This document shows, in pieces, positions 14,473 through 27,479 of a DNA stretch of 64,000 bases. The stretch comes from Octopus sinensis (lineage: Eukaryota). The notes beneath the pieces were generated by a model. The model searched no databases. It saw only the letters and a list, made by a program, of their open reading frames with translations, and was not told the DNA's origin. The stretch spans positions 23,312,001 to 23,376,000 of the forward strand of contig NC_043020.1 in NCBI RefSeq assembly GCF_006345805.1. Reading direction: 5' to 3'. Each line of letters begins with the position of its first letter. Within the stretch, counting starts at the first letter, position 1. A program made the position numbers and the translations under genes.

Positions 14473-15093
14473 TAGGCGCAGGTGTGGATGTGTGGTAAGT
14501 AATTGCTTACCAACTACATGGTTCCGGGTTCAGTCCCACTGCGTGGCACCTAGGGCAAGTGTCTTCTACTATAGCCTCGGGTCGACCAAAGACTTGTGAG
14601 TGGATTTGGTGGACGGAAACTGAAAGAAGCTGCGATCTGGCAGAAACGTTAGCACGCCGGGCAAAATGCTTAGTCGTATTTCGTCTGCCGTTACGTTCTG
14701 AGTTGAAATTCCGCCGAAATTGACTTTACCTTTTATCCTTTTGGGGTCGATAAATTAAGTACCAGTTAAGCACTGAGGTCGATGTAATCGACTTAATCCT
14801 TTTGTCTGTCCTTGTTTGTCCCCTTGTGGGCAGTAAAGAAACAAGGAAACTGAAAGAAGCCTCTCGTATATATATATATATGGGGGGGTTTGTGTATGCT
14901 TGTCCCCCAACATCCCTTGACAACCGATACTGGTGTTTTTACGTCCCCGTAACTTAGCGGTTCCGCAAAAAGAACCGATAGAATAAGTACTAGGCTTACA
15001 AAGAATAAGTCCTGGGGTCGATTTGTGCGACCAAAGGCGGTGCTCCAGCATGGCCGCTGTCAAACGACCGAAAGAATTAAAAGAGTAAAAGAG
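14473..15093 (+). mobile_element. SINE group A interrupted by a group B SINE (14631-14844)
   Basis: GGAAACTGAAAGAAGC duplicated at 14615-14630 and 14845-14860 around the B copy. Confidence 0.85.
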
Positions 15094-16289
15094 ATACATA
15101 TGCAAATACCTACATACACAACCACACACAAACACACACACGCGTGTGGTATATTTTAATTAGTGTTAAATATATACAGTGTTTGATTTAAAGCTAACGT
15201 GGTTGAGAGAGTAATTCTGGAATTTCTGCTCATAAATTAAATCGTTCTCTTGGCAGTGAATGGCGATTAAGTGGAGAGTTAAGTCTTAGCTTTCTTTACT
15301 CTCTTCACAACACGTAATTACTATATTCTTATATAATGAATATTTTTGCTTCCGACTAGTTTCTTTTAGTGAAGTTTATGTTGATTTTACGCAGTTTTAT
15401 GTTGTTTTTCAGTGAAAATATTAGTTTATATCTATTTCCTATAATTATTTATTTAATATTTTATATTTATCGTCTACATTAATTTTACCCATGTCGTAAG
15501 CAATTGATATTTAATTATTAAAGTGAGATTTTATTCTGATGGTTTACATTTAGATCACATTAATTATGCTTTCATCTTTTAAGTATGTTAGTGAGAATTT
15601 TCGTTACGATTTGTGTATTTTAGTTAATTTTATAACATATCTTTCTTGGGTAAACACATTCTTTCAGATATATGCTTTATATCGAAGGTTTATACAAAAT
15701 AAACATTCGCTTACTCCTACGTCATGTTGCTTTAATACGATTAAAGCCTCAGAGTGATATAGTATTCCATTAGTATAAGTTTGTTTCTTTTTAATTATGT
15801 TTCGTATTTTAAGTGTGAACGTTCGGTAGCAAAGACTATTGGTTTACGTTCTTTAGTTAATTCTATGTCTATGATTCGAAGCTGCTGATTGTTAGATTAA
15901 TATATTCTATTTCGTTTTGTGTATTTTCAGCAAATAGTTTTGAAGTTCTATAATTCTTGGGCTTCAGTGCCCATTTCAGTGTTTTCTATATTTTTTGATT
16001 TCTATCGTTCTTTGCTACGTAACGTTCTATGTCTGAGATAGAATTATTCAATTTGTATTTTATAATACTAAGCAGGTGTTTAGGTAATGGGTATGTTTCG
16101 CACATGGCTGGCGCTCTGCTATTATTTGTTAATTCCTAATTAACCCATACGTTTTTAACGCCATTGATGCCACAGGGTTGCATGATACTGCAGAAGTGCA
16201 GAAAACATAATGATATCCACTAGGCAGCTGAAGATGTGATGTATATATCTACTGAGATATACAGTGTGTAATATGCGCACGATCACACT

Positions 16290-16397
16290 TGGACGGTTTT
16301 GAATGACCAGAGAAAGTGAGAGCCCTCTAACTGAAAAATTGTGAATTTGTATAAAGGACACACACGCAGACATTTTGCCGTTTATATATATAGAGAT
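16290..16397 (-). mobile_element. Helitron-like non-autonomous element, 5' fragment
   Basis: Reverse complement ATCTCTATATATATAAACGGCAAAATGTCTGCGTGTGTG resembles the 5' end at 6435. Confidence 0.45.
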
Positions 16398-16415
16398 TAA
16401 AGGAATTAAAATACC

Positions 16416-16716
16416 GAGGAGGCGCAATGGCCCAGTGGTTAGGGCAGCGGACACGCGGTCGGAGGATCCCAGACCGGACGTTGTGTGTGTTTATTGAGCG
16501 AAAACGCCTAAAAGCTCCACGAGGCACCGGCGGGGGGGGGGTGTCGACTCCTGTTATACTCTTTCGCCCCAACTTTCTCTCACTTTCTCTTCCCGTTTCT
16601 TGAGTAACGCTGAAATGGATTGGCGTCTCGTCCAGCTGGGGGGAACACATACGTCACAGAAACCGGGAAACCGGGAAACCGGGCCCATAGCCTGGCTAGG
16701 CTTGAAAAAGGCGACG
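16416..16716 (+). mobile_element. SINE group C (head C1 + tail T2)
   Basis: A-box-like TGGCCCAGTGG head; tail GGAAACCGGGCCCATAGCCTGG shared in reverse with 40905-41141. Confidence 0.8.
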
Positions 16717-17346
16717 CTTATCGTTTTTTCATTTAAATACAAAACTCATTAAAACGGTATTTATTCATCCATGCATTATACATATTAGATTTTATCATGC
16801 AAGATAAAACATCGACTTAATTTTAGTCGAAATGGGTGCATATCTTAACGAATTTGCGGAGTAAATTTGGTGCACAATAAAGTATGCGTAAAATTATATG
16901 AGAGAAGTACATTAATATATTTGAAACGTTTGGAGGAATTATAAAATTGAATTTTTTTTAGTTTTTGTGGAAGTTAATAACAAAGCTTTTGTATTGAGAG
17001 GATGAAAGAGAAGCGGTATGGCGTAGAGGGAAATCGATTGAGAAATTGAATAGGAAAAGTGTATAGGAATATACAAACATACATTTATATATGTGCGTGT
17101 GTGTTTGTGTGTGTGAGTGTACGTCTGTGTGTGTGCCTGTGTGTGGTATATATATATAATATATATATATTATATATATTTATATTTATATATTTATATT
17201 TATATATATATTTATATATTTATATTTATATATTATATATATATATATTTATATATATATATTATATATATATATATAATATAAATATATATATATATAT
17301 ATATATAAATATAAATATATAAATATATATATAATATATATATATA

Positions 17347-17395
<49 letters not shown>

Positions 17396-17396
17396 G

Positions 17397-17444
<48 letters not shown>

Positions 17445-17669
17445 CTGTGTATACAAGTAGATATACACACATACACATATACATATACTTGTGTGTACAC
17501 AAGTAGATACATAAATAGGTAGACAGAGAGAGAGAGATAGGCAGACAGACAGACAGGTATATCGATTGATAGAGAGGGAGAGAGAGGGAGAGACGTATCT
17601 GAAAATTCAACCATTTCAACACCTGTTTCTACGTAAGCACAAACATACACACACACACACACACACATG

Positions 17670-17985
17670 TATAGGTTGCTGAGACCCCCTTCGGTCATGA
17701 TGACCATGGGATTGCACCTAGAACGTTACCATCTCAGGCACAAGTCTAGGCAAGGTTGTTTATGGAAGACCAGCAGTCACCCATGCATACCGGCCTCCCC
17801 TCTCCACGCCGCAAGTGTTATCCGAGGGAAAGATAAAGGCCGATACAGCTTGGCACCAGTGACGTGGAAAGTCATTTCTACAGATGAGTGAACTGGAGCA
17901 ACGTGAAATAAAGTGTCTTGCTCAAGAACTCACAACCTCACGATCGTAAGCTCGACGCTCTAACCACTAAGCCATGTGCCTTCAC
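17670..17985 (-). mobile_element. SINE group C (head C2 + distinct tail)
   Basis: GAGCAACGTGAAATAAAGTGTCTTGCTCAAG...CCACTAAGCCATGTGCCTTCAC head joined to a tail seen only here in the window. Confidence 0.7.
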
Positions 17986-18007
17986 TACACGCACATATAT
18001 GTGTACA

Positions 18008-18382
18008 GTGGCTGTGTGGTAAGTAGCTTGCTAACCAACCACATGGTTCCGGGTTCAGTCCCACTGTGTGGCATCTTGGGCAAGTGTCTTCTGCTATAGC
18101 CCCGGGCCGACCAATGCCTTGTGAGTGGATTTGGTAGACAGAAACTGAAAGAAGCATGTCATATATATATGTATGTGTGTGTTTGTGTTTGTCCCCCTAG
18201 CATTGCTTGACAACCGATGCTGGTGTGTTTACGTCCCCGTCACTTAGCGGTTCGGCAAATGGGACCGATAGAATAAGTACTAGGCTTACAAAGAATAATT
18301 CCCGGGGTCGATTTGCTCGACTAAAGGCGGTGCTCCAGCATGGCCGCAGTCAAATGACTGAAACAAGTAAAAGAGTAAAGAG
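18008..18382 (+). mobile_element. SINE group A, full length
   Basis: Complete head, central microsatellite and GTAAAAGAG tail. Confidence 0.9.
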
Positions 18383-18421
<39 letters not shown>

Positions 18422-18797
18422 ATGTATGTGCGTGTGGGTATTAGTGTGTGTGTGTGTGAACAGAACAACAATCTGCGTGCAAACCGCCATTGTCCACACT
18501 GTGATTTCTCGGTTAGGTCACGTGCCTGATTAACAAGTCATGCTTGCATTCACATTCATTGAAATAACGGAAATTACTTATGCCGAGCTTGTAATAATCT
18601 CTGGGAATAAATTGGTGGCCTAAAAACACACACCAAGAATCACGAAATAAAACAAAAAAAATTATACATTGGTAAATAATAACAGGATTGAATAGCAAAT
18701 TTAGTTTTACATTATTCTAAGGTTAGCTTGTGTTTTCCTCTCCCTGCTTTGATTAATATGACTCCTGTTCTCTTCTTATACAACTCTTGCATGTCAT

Positions 18798-19022
18798 CGG
18801 CAGGAACGTTAGCACGCCGGGCGAAATGCGTAGCCGTATTTCGTCTGCCGTTACGTTCTGAGTTCAAAATCCGCCGAGGTCGACTTTGCCTTTCATCCTT
18901 TCGGGGTCGATTAAATAAGTACCAGTTATGCACTGGGGTCGATATAATCGACTTAATCCGTTTGTCTGTCCTTGTTTGTCCTCTCAGTGTTTAGCCCCTT
19001 GTAGGTAGTAAAGAAATAAGTA
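18798..19022 (+). mobile_element. SINE group B
   Basis: Matches group B copies elsewhere in the window. Confidence 0.85.
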
Positions 19023-19088
19023 TATTCCATCGTATATGTTTATATACATATGCTTGTGTGTCTGTTTTTGTCCCCACCACTACCACCA

Positions 19089-19330
19089 ATACCTATTTCT
19101 ATTTCTTTACTACCCACAAGGGGCTAAACACAGAGAGAACAAACAAGGACAGACAAACGGATTAAGTCGATTATATCGACCCCAATGCGTAACTGGTACC
19201 TATTTAATCGACCCCGAATGGATGAAAGGCAAAGTCGACCTCGGCGGAATTTGAACTCAGAACGTAGCGGTAGACGAAATTCCGCTAAGCATTTCGCCCG
19301 GCGTGCTAACGATTCTGCCAGCTCGCCGTT
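19089..19330 (-). mobile_element. SINE group B (inverted partner of 18798-19022)
   Basis: Reverse complement of group B. Confidence 0.85.
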
Positions 19331-19559
19331 TTAATACCACCACTATCACTAACACTTGACAACCGACGTCGGTGTGTTTTGCCGAACTTAGAGATTCGGC
19401 AAAAGAGATCGATAGTACTAGGCTTACAGTGAATAAGCCCTCGGATCGATCTCTTCGACTAAAGGCGGTGCTCCATCATGGTCGCAGTCAAATGACTGAA
19501 TCTTGAAGCAAATTAAAAAATAAAAGATGATATATGTACATATATATATATTGCCTACA

Positions 19560-19790
19560 TATAAGAGGGATGTCCACTAAGTGGACATCCATTGTACCAG
19601 AGGTAGACCCCATATGGTCTGACCACTAAGAAAACATTGTTCTCAAGAAAATTCAGCAGACGCCAGAACGTAAGCGAGCAAGACAAATGAAACTATAAAA
19701 AATATAAAGATTAATTACATACCCGGTTTCACAGTTGCCACTTACGTAATACCTACGTAAATGTCCGGAAAAAATTAGTAGTCACTGCAA
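19560..19790 (+). repeat. Dispersed repeat, probably a DNA-transposon end; second copy at 34440-34660 (-)
   Basis: GAGGTAGACCCCATATGGTCTGACCACT...CCAGAACGTAAGCGAGCAAGACAAATGAAA is found reverse-complemented at 34.5-34.65 kb. Confidence 0.6.
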
Positions 19791-19937
19791 TATTTTGCAT
19801 TAGCATCAAGAAATATGATAAAAGACAAAATTGTAATTATTTCATGCATACCATAGTTCCTGATATTGCTTCCAACCATACCAGTCATATAGGAGATAAC
19901 ACTCTAGTAATAGAGTATCATTGAAGATTTGGATATA

Positions 19938-20340
19938 TTTGGTTGTCCGGAATTTTCCTGCTGATTTTTAAAGGAAAGAAAAAGGTCAATAAATACTTGC
20001 CATTACATTCTTAATCAATCAAATATGAACCATTTTGTTGCACAATGCGTCTCCATCTTTCATTTAACTTGAAAATACCCTTTAACTTGAAAATACCCAG
20101 AATTGAGGTGGTTTCATGGCAAAGAATTCATCAAGGTATCTCTTTATGTCATCCAAGGAATTGAAATTTTTACCATTAAGTCTATTCTGCAGAGACATGA
20201 ATAAGTGGAAATCCGAAGGAGCAATATCTGGTGAATATGGAGGGTGGGGTAACACATCCCAGCCGAGCTGCAGCAATTTTTGTCTGGTTCCCAAAGCATC
20301 AAGTGCCGAAAATGAACTTTCTTATCTTCCACTTTAAAGG
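19938..20340 (-). mobile_element. Internally deleted mariner (DD34D-type) element
   Basis: N-terminal MEDKKVHFRHLMLWE joined to TRQKLLQLGWDVLPHPPYSPDIAPSDFHLF; TIR-like TA|TTTGGTTGTCCGGAA at 19936. Confidence 0.8.
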
Positions 20341-21446
20341 GTTACAGAATTAACACAGGTTATAGGGACATAGACCTTCTTCTGCGAAAAGATAGCTTAA
20401 ACTCTGCTCTATATGAAGGTGTAGTCAAATCCTATTTTATGGACTCAACCATGTTCTAGAATATATTAATCTCTCCGTTAGCCTTACGACGCTCAATCGT
20501 TTGATCTGTATAGAAGCTCTCTGTGACAGTAAACAAAAGCATACGTTATAATATTGAATCAACGAATTTCAATATAGATCGCTTTACAAAAGAAATCCCC
20601 GCTACATAACAGATTACGTGTAAATATATATCTTTTCATAGAATTCGCATATCAATTGTAGTCATGGTTTTCCACTATTTTCACTGTTTCGTCAAAAGAA
20701 AATAGATATTCTTGTATATATGAGTCTGTGTGTGTGTATCAGTGTATGTTTATGTGTATATGTGCTTGCATGCATGTGTATGGGTGTATGTGCGTGCCTG
20801 TATATGTTTTTTGTGCGTGTTAGTCTGTGTGTTTGTGTGAATAGCTTCCTAGACGTTCGTGCAAAATGAGAGAAAATATTTATTAACAATAGCTATTAAG
20901 AAAATTTATTATATGGATAAGATGCCATTTAGATGACCTCATCAGTGTAAAATAAATTATGAATAATTAATAGGAATTAATTACACTACGTTTCACTTAC
21001 CATTAACATCAACTTCACACGGTGGTATATATATATATATGTATATTATACATATAATAATGATAAAGGGTAAAATTAATTAATCAATAATTAATAATTT
21101 TACCAAGTAGTTCGGTATGTTAAAAGAACCATTTTCTGTAACCTTATACAAAAATTCTCTAATTATAAGCATAATTAGGCTTCAGCAAAAATTGCTTCTC
21201 CACATACCGAAATTTAACTATATCTATAGCTAATCAAAGCCGGGTGGATTCGTTATTTTTTCCTCTTTACCTGCGTGAGTTGGGAGTATTACTGTCCGGG
21301 AGATATCTTATGGTAGTGGAATAGTATTTAACTGCTATTTCTAAATTTCTGTATGTGGAGAAGCATTTTATGCTGAACTCTAATTATAATTATGCTTATA
21401 ATTATAGAATTCATATATATATATAGGTAGACAGATAGATAGATAG

Positions 21447-21504
<58 letters not shown>

Positions 21505-22633
21505 TAGATAGATAGATATACACACACACATACAGACATATGTGTGTTTGTATATTTGAATACATATGCATATATTATATGTATATATACATACATACAT
21601 GTATGTATATATATATATATATATTATATATATATATATATATACGTACATATATTATAACCTCATGGGTATGCATATGTATATATAATCAAATATATAT
21701 ATACATATACATATACATTCATTCACGCATGCATACATACATACATACATACAGACAGACAGACAGCAGACAGACATACATACATACATACAGACAGACA
21801 TACATGCATAAGGCCACACATAGACATTCACACTTATTCTGGTATTTAAATAAATATGTATTTCTGTACGTCTGCGTGCGTCTGCATTTGCGTGTGATTG
21901 TGTGCGTATGTTTGTGCTAACCAACAACTAGTCACAGTATAAGTCAATTGATTCTATTCACCTTGCAGAGTTACAATTCCCCAGCTTTAACAGATGTCCA
22001 CATTATCTACAAACTTTACCGCTTGTCAAACTAATCCATTCATCTTCAGCAATTCCAAGCTAGCCTATACTTCCATAGATTATCCGAGTCTAAATTCAAC
22101 ATCTTGCTGTGCAGCACGTCCTCAATAACTCTAGGTCTTTGTTATTTTATAATACTTGTTATCAAAGGATCTCGAATAGCTGCATTCAATCAAAAGAAGC
22201 GCTTTCTGTGCCATTGATAGGAACACGTACAACCAATAAAAGATCGAACGTCTAAAGAATACCTTGTTATGGGAAAACGCTGTCATCATCACACCTGGTC
22301 AGGCGCAAAGTACAAGAAATATCAGTTGAGTGGTTAATTTTAACCATAGATTCCCAGATCTTAAAGAAATTTCAAAGCATTTTTAGATAGAAAGAGTTAC
22401 ATTTCCCCTTTATATGACACGTAAACCTGAGCCTGATTTTACAATTAGCCCAACAATCTCTAACATTCATTACATTTTATTTATAATTTTCTGAATCCTG
22501 TCCAAAATACATCTCTACTCCATATATTTTCCGGACATGTCGACCACTCCAGCGACGATATTAGCTGAATGAATGATCTTTACTAGTCTACACTCAGAAC
22601 CAATATAAAGGCATTTCGCTTACATAAAGATTA

Positions 22634-23035
22634 CTCTTTTTTTACTCTTTTACTTGTTGTGGCTGTGGCCATGCTGGAGCACCACATTTAGTCTAGCAAA
22701 TCGACCGGAGGACTTATCCTTTGTAAGCGCAGTACTTATTCTATCGGTCTCTTTTGCCGAACCGCTAAGTTACGGGGACGTAAGCACACCAGCAGCATCT
22801 GTGTGTATACGTTTGTGCGTCTGTGTTTGTCCCCCACCCCACAAAAAAAACATCGCTTGACAACTGATGCTGGTGTGCTTACGTCCCCGTAACTTAGCGT
22901 TTCGGCAAAAGAGATCGACATAATAAGTACAAGGCTTACAAAGAATAAGTCCTGGGGTCGATATTGCTCGACTTAAAGCGATGCTCCAGCATGACCACAG
23001 TCAAACGACTGAAACAAGTAAAAGAGTAAAGAGTA
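22634..23035. mobile_element. Two group A SINE tails in inverted orientation
   Basis: 22634-22798 (-) and 22852-23035 (+) carry the same tail module. Confidence 0.8.
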
Positions 23036-23393
23036 AGTTTAATTAACAAACACAGTTTAAGAATTATTAACAGATCTGAATTGCACACAGGTGATTGGTT
23101 ACTATAGCAACGCGAAACAACATTTCATATACACTATTGGCATTATATTGTTTCTCTGCAATTCACAGCAGATCCTGTTGTTTATTTTTACCTAACGTCT
23201 TAGAACATTACAATAAATTCTCCAGACAAACAAGATAAATTTGAGAAACAATCAGATCTTCGCAGCACTTTTCACAATACTAATTGTCAACAATAATTGT
23301 ACTTACATTGAAACCGTTTTTCTCCCGCGAATACTTTTCCGGTGCTAAATTCTAAGTAATAAGAAACTAAACAAGTAAACATATATATATATA

Positions 23394-23744
23394 TAGGCGC
23401 AGGAGTGGCTTCTGCTATGTCTTCTGCTATGGCCCCGGGCCGACCAATGCCTTGTGAGTGGATTTGGTAGACGGAAACTGAAAGAAGCCTGTCGTATATA
23501 TGTATATATATATGTGTGTGTGCGTGTGTGTGTTTGTGTGTCTGTGTTTGTCCCCCTAGCATTGCTTGACAACCGATGCTGGTGTGTTTACGTCCCCGTC
23601 ACTTAGCGGTTCAGCAAAACAGACCGATAGAATAAGTACTGGGCTTACAAAGAATAAGTCCCGGGGTCGAGTTGCTCGACTAAAGGCGGTGCTCCAGCAT
23701 GGCCGCAGTCAAATGACTGAAACAAGTAAAAGAGTAAAAGAGTA
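23394..23744 (+). mobile_element. SINE group A flanked by 190-bp direct repeats
   Basis: 23193-23382 and 23743-23932 are near-identical. Confidence 0.85.
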
Positions 23745-24716
23745 ATGTCTTAGAACATTACAATAAAATCTTCAGACAAACAAGATAAATTTGAGAAACA
23801 ATCAAATCTTCGCAGCACTTTTCACAATACTAATTGTCAACAATAATTGTACTTGCATTGGAATCGTTTTTCTCCCGCGAATGCTTTTCCGGTGCTAAAT
23901 TCTAAGTAATAAGAAACTAAACAAGTAAACATGTTTTAAAATAACAATATAATAATTCTATAGAGGTGAAGTGAGTTCTTTTAGCATCGTTTGTACTATA
24001 CAATACAAACACATATAGATTGTATATACGTGAATGTGTCTGTGTCTGTGTCTGTATGTGTGTATGACTGTGTGAGAGTGTTTATGTATCTATAAGTTAT
24101 GCGTTTGTATGTGGGTGTTTCTTCATACCACTTTTCAAAAATGATTCTTGAACCTTGACATATAGTTGTCCCTTATAGATAACTCAAGCACCCTTAATAT
24201 AAATGGATAAAACCGATAGGTTAGCCCATCCATGAAGCCAGATGTATGATTAGAAATTTCAAGATTTGGAGAAATAAATCACAGACATACACACATACAT
24301 GTATAATGCATACACACTTACACACACACACATATATATATATATATGGACACATATAAGCATACGCAAATACATATACACATAGTTTTTGTATGGATGG
24401 GTATATATACGCACTCCTCTATGAATATATGTGTTTCCAAATATATATATTATATATATACATATGTATTTACGTACGTATCTACTTATAAACCTATCAA
24501 TAAATACTTATAAGCGCACAGATATGTATGTGTGCGAGTTCATGTACGTTTATATGTGTGTGTGTGTGTGTGTGTGTGCTCCGGTGCGCATGCGCACTTT
24601 TGCGTTGCGGTCACATACACACATATATATATATATATACATGTACATACATATACATATATATATATATATATATATAATATACATACATAGATACATA
24701 TAAATATATATCTATA

Positions 24717-24792
<76 letters not shown>

Positions 24793-25389
24793 TAATATAT
24801 ATTATGTATGTATATATACATTATCGTTTCCGAAACACTCGCAAGGAGATATATTAGACGTGTGAATACCAGTGTATTGAAGCAAATGGTATCGAAACGA
24901 ATATCCAGTTATAGGATATCGCTATAATATCATTTAGAGATTATTCTTCCTTCAAATAAATCTAATAATCTACCATTGACGGTTGTGAATTCAGCAAAGT
25001 TTTGAGTGTCTTACGTTTGGTCCAAATTTTAAAATATTTCAAGCGAATGGAATGTGATTATGTATATATCTGTGTGCGTATGTATCTGTGAATGTATCTA
25101 TATGTATATGGGTGTGTATATATATGTATATATAAATATATATGTGTATGTGTGTGAGTATATATATGTATGTGTGCGTTTATTTATGTGTGTATGTTTC
25201 TGTATGAAGACTGCTATTCTAACCCCAGGATAATGCCTCATACTGCTGGTTATTCAGTGTACAGTGCACTCGATTTATATTGAAAAAGGAGAGAGAACTC
25301 CCTACTATTTTAGCCCGAGACCACCAATCAGTATGGTTTCGACCTTATTATAGTCACCTTCAGTGATGGACACTCATCTACTAAATATA

Positions 25390-25620
25390 TATTTCTTTAC
25401 CTACCCACAAGGGGCTAAACACAGAGAGGACAAACAAGGACAGACAAAGAGATTAAGTCGATTACATCGACCCCAGTGCGAAACCGGTACTTTATTGATC
25501 GACCCCAAAAGGATGAAAGGCAAAGGCGACCTCGGCGTAATTTGAACTCACAACGTAACGGCAGACGAAATACGGCTACGCATTTCGCCTGGCGTGGTAA
25601 CGTTTCTGCCAGCTCACCGC
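25390..25620 (-). mobile_element. SINE group B with flanking duplication
   Basis: Reverse group B; CTCATCTACTAAATATA occurs on both sides. Confidence 0.8.
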
Positions 25621-25976
25621 ACTAAATATAACTCATCTACTAAATATAACGGCCGTCCACTCCAGCTGGTAGCATATACAAAGTATGTGAGTCGCTGTAA
25701 ATGATCTTGCAACAAGCAAAGTAGCTAGTTAGATAATTCTCTATAAGACATGATTGCATTACTTGATCAATTATAAAAGTCTCTCTAGATGAAAGTGATA
25801 AAGCTATACTTCTGTGAGACATTAACGCTGAAAAACATTAAACGAACAACAGTGAACAGATTTCATTAAACATGGTAAGAAAAATCAAGAGAGAGCCTTA
25901 TAATACACATTGCAATTAATTTAGACAAAGATATTGCTGATTAAAGAGAAGAAAGCATTTCAAATGTATGCTGAAT

Positions 25977-27455
25977 TGGATTGGTTGGCATCCTTTTTGT
26001 CTCGGGAGACAATGGAGTTGCGCATAAAGTAGTCTAGTCCGGCTTTTACGTTTCATGTCCTGATACATTTCCTGCTGTGGCTGTGTAGTCCTATCCTGGA
26101 CAAACACTCCCTCTGGCAGGTACCGCAAATGTAGCGAAGACTGTTCCTGGCTGGTTGTAGTGCCATAGTTTCTTGTTGACGTCTTTTCTTATCTTTCCAT
26201 TTCTCCTCTCTCTCTCTCTGTCACTCCTTTGTATTCCTTCTCTTACGGTACTTCGCTAGTCTCCACGGATGCTGGCAGCTGCCTCCCAACCGCTAATATT
26301 GATGTTGCAGGCCTTCACGCCCCTTTTGCAAACATCCTTGTAACGTAAGAGCGGTCTACCCACAGACCTAGCACCCCTAGCAAGCTCTCCGTAGAGTATG
26401 TCCTTGGGGATTCTGCCATCTTTCATACGGCTAACATGCCATCTCATACGTCTTTGTGTGAGGAGTGCAAACATGCTTGGTATTCCTGCTTGCCTGAGGA
26501 CATCTTTGTTGGGGATATGGTTCTGCCATTTGATGCGGAGGATTTTCTGGAGGCAACGCAGGTGAAAGATGTTTAGGCGACGCTCTTGGCGTGTGTATAG
26601 CGTCCAAGTCTCACTTCCATACAGTAGAGTGCTAAGTACACATGCCTGGTAGATCTTCATTTTCGTGGTCTTGGTAAGCTTATTGTTGTCCCAAGCCCGT
26701 TTGGAGAGTTGGGCCATCGCAGCAGCTGCCTTGCCAATGCGTATATTGAGCTCAGCGTCGAGGGATAGGTTGTAGGTGACGGTAGAGCCCAGATAGGTAA
26801 ACTTCTCTACCTCTTGTAATCTGTGGTCTCTAATATGTATGTTTGGGATGTCCGATGTAGCCTGACCCATGATGTTGGTCTTCTTAAGGCTGATAGCTAA
26901 GCCAAAGTCGTTACATGCTTGCTCAAAAGAGTTAATGAGCCTTTGGAGGGCTTCTTCTGTGTGTGATACCAGAGCGGCATCATCAGCAAATAGCATCTCC
27001 TTGATCAGGACGTTTCTGATTTTGGTCTTGGCACGCAGGCGCGAGAGATTGAACAGTTTCCCGTCACTTCTACTGTGCAGAAACACTCCATCATCTGATG
27101 TCTGAAAGGCATGTGAGAGTAAGAGCGAGAAGAAGATGCCAAACAATGTAGGAGCGAGGACAACCTTGCTTTACCCCGATTTTTATTTGGAAGGCGGCTG
27201 CTGTTGAACCGTTGTGCTGTATGGTGCCTTGCATGTCATCATGGAAAGACTTGATGATCCTCAGCAGCTTTGGTGGACATCCGATTTTTGGAGCAGGGTG
27301 AAGAGGCCTGTTCTGCTTGCCGAGACAAAGGCCTTTGTTAGATCAATGAAGGCCATATATAATGGCATTCTCTGCTCTCTGGACTTCTCCTGAAGTTGGC
27401 GTATGGAGAATATCATATCGATAGTTGATCTGCTTCTTCTAAAGCCACACTGCGA
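25977..27455 (-). pseudogene. RTE-clade LINE, 5'-truncated (RT, C-terminal Cys/His motif and 3' UTR)
   Basis: QCGFRRSRSTIDMIF, AFIDLTKAF, EMLFADD, FTYLGS, LYGSETW, GRIPKDILYGEL; after a frameshift YICGTCQRECLSRIGLHSHSRKC, stop at 26053-26055; 3' end CCATTGTCTCCCGAGACAAAAAGGATGCCAACCAA. Confidence 0.92.
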
Positions 27456-27479
27456 TAGAAATATCGAGAATGTTCTTTT

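Noticed and set aside
15300-16080. Possible ancient LINE ORF remnant (also 41400-42050)
   Set aside because: Only faint motif-like hints among many stops; cannot be supported without a profile search.
16416-16490. tRNA genes at SINE heads (also 40488, 51323, 56248, 60254)
   Set aside because: A/B-box-like motifs are present, but each continues into a SINE body and I could not build a complete cloverleaf with acceptor stem; treated as tRNA-derived SINE heads.
21950-22350. Possible Harbinger-type DDE nuclease remnant (AIDGT-like after assuming an indel)
   Set aside because: Needs several assumed frameshifts; not supportable by eye.
25327-25367. Hammerhead-like motif on the minus strand (ATCA-CTGAAGG-TGAC..GTC-GAAAC..TGAT)
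   Set aside because: Stems I and II can form, but A9 is mutated and there is no NUH triplet; too degenerate to call from one copy.
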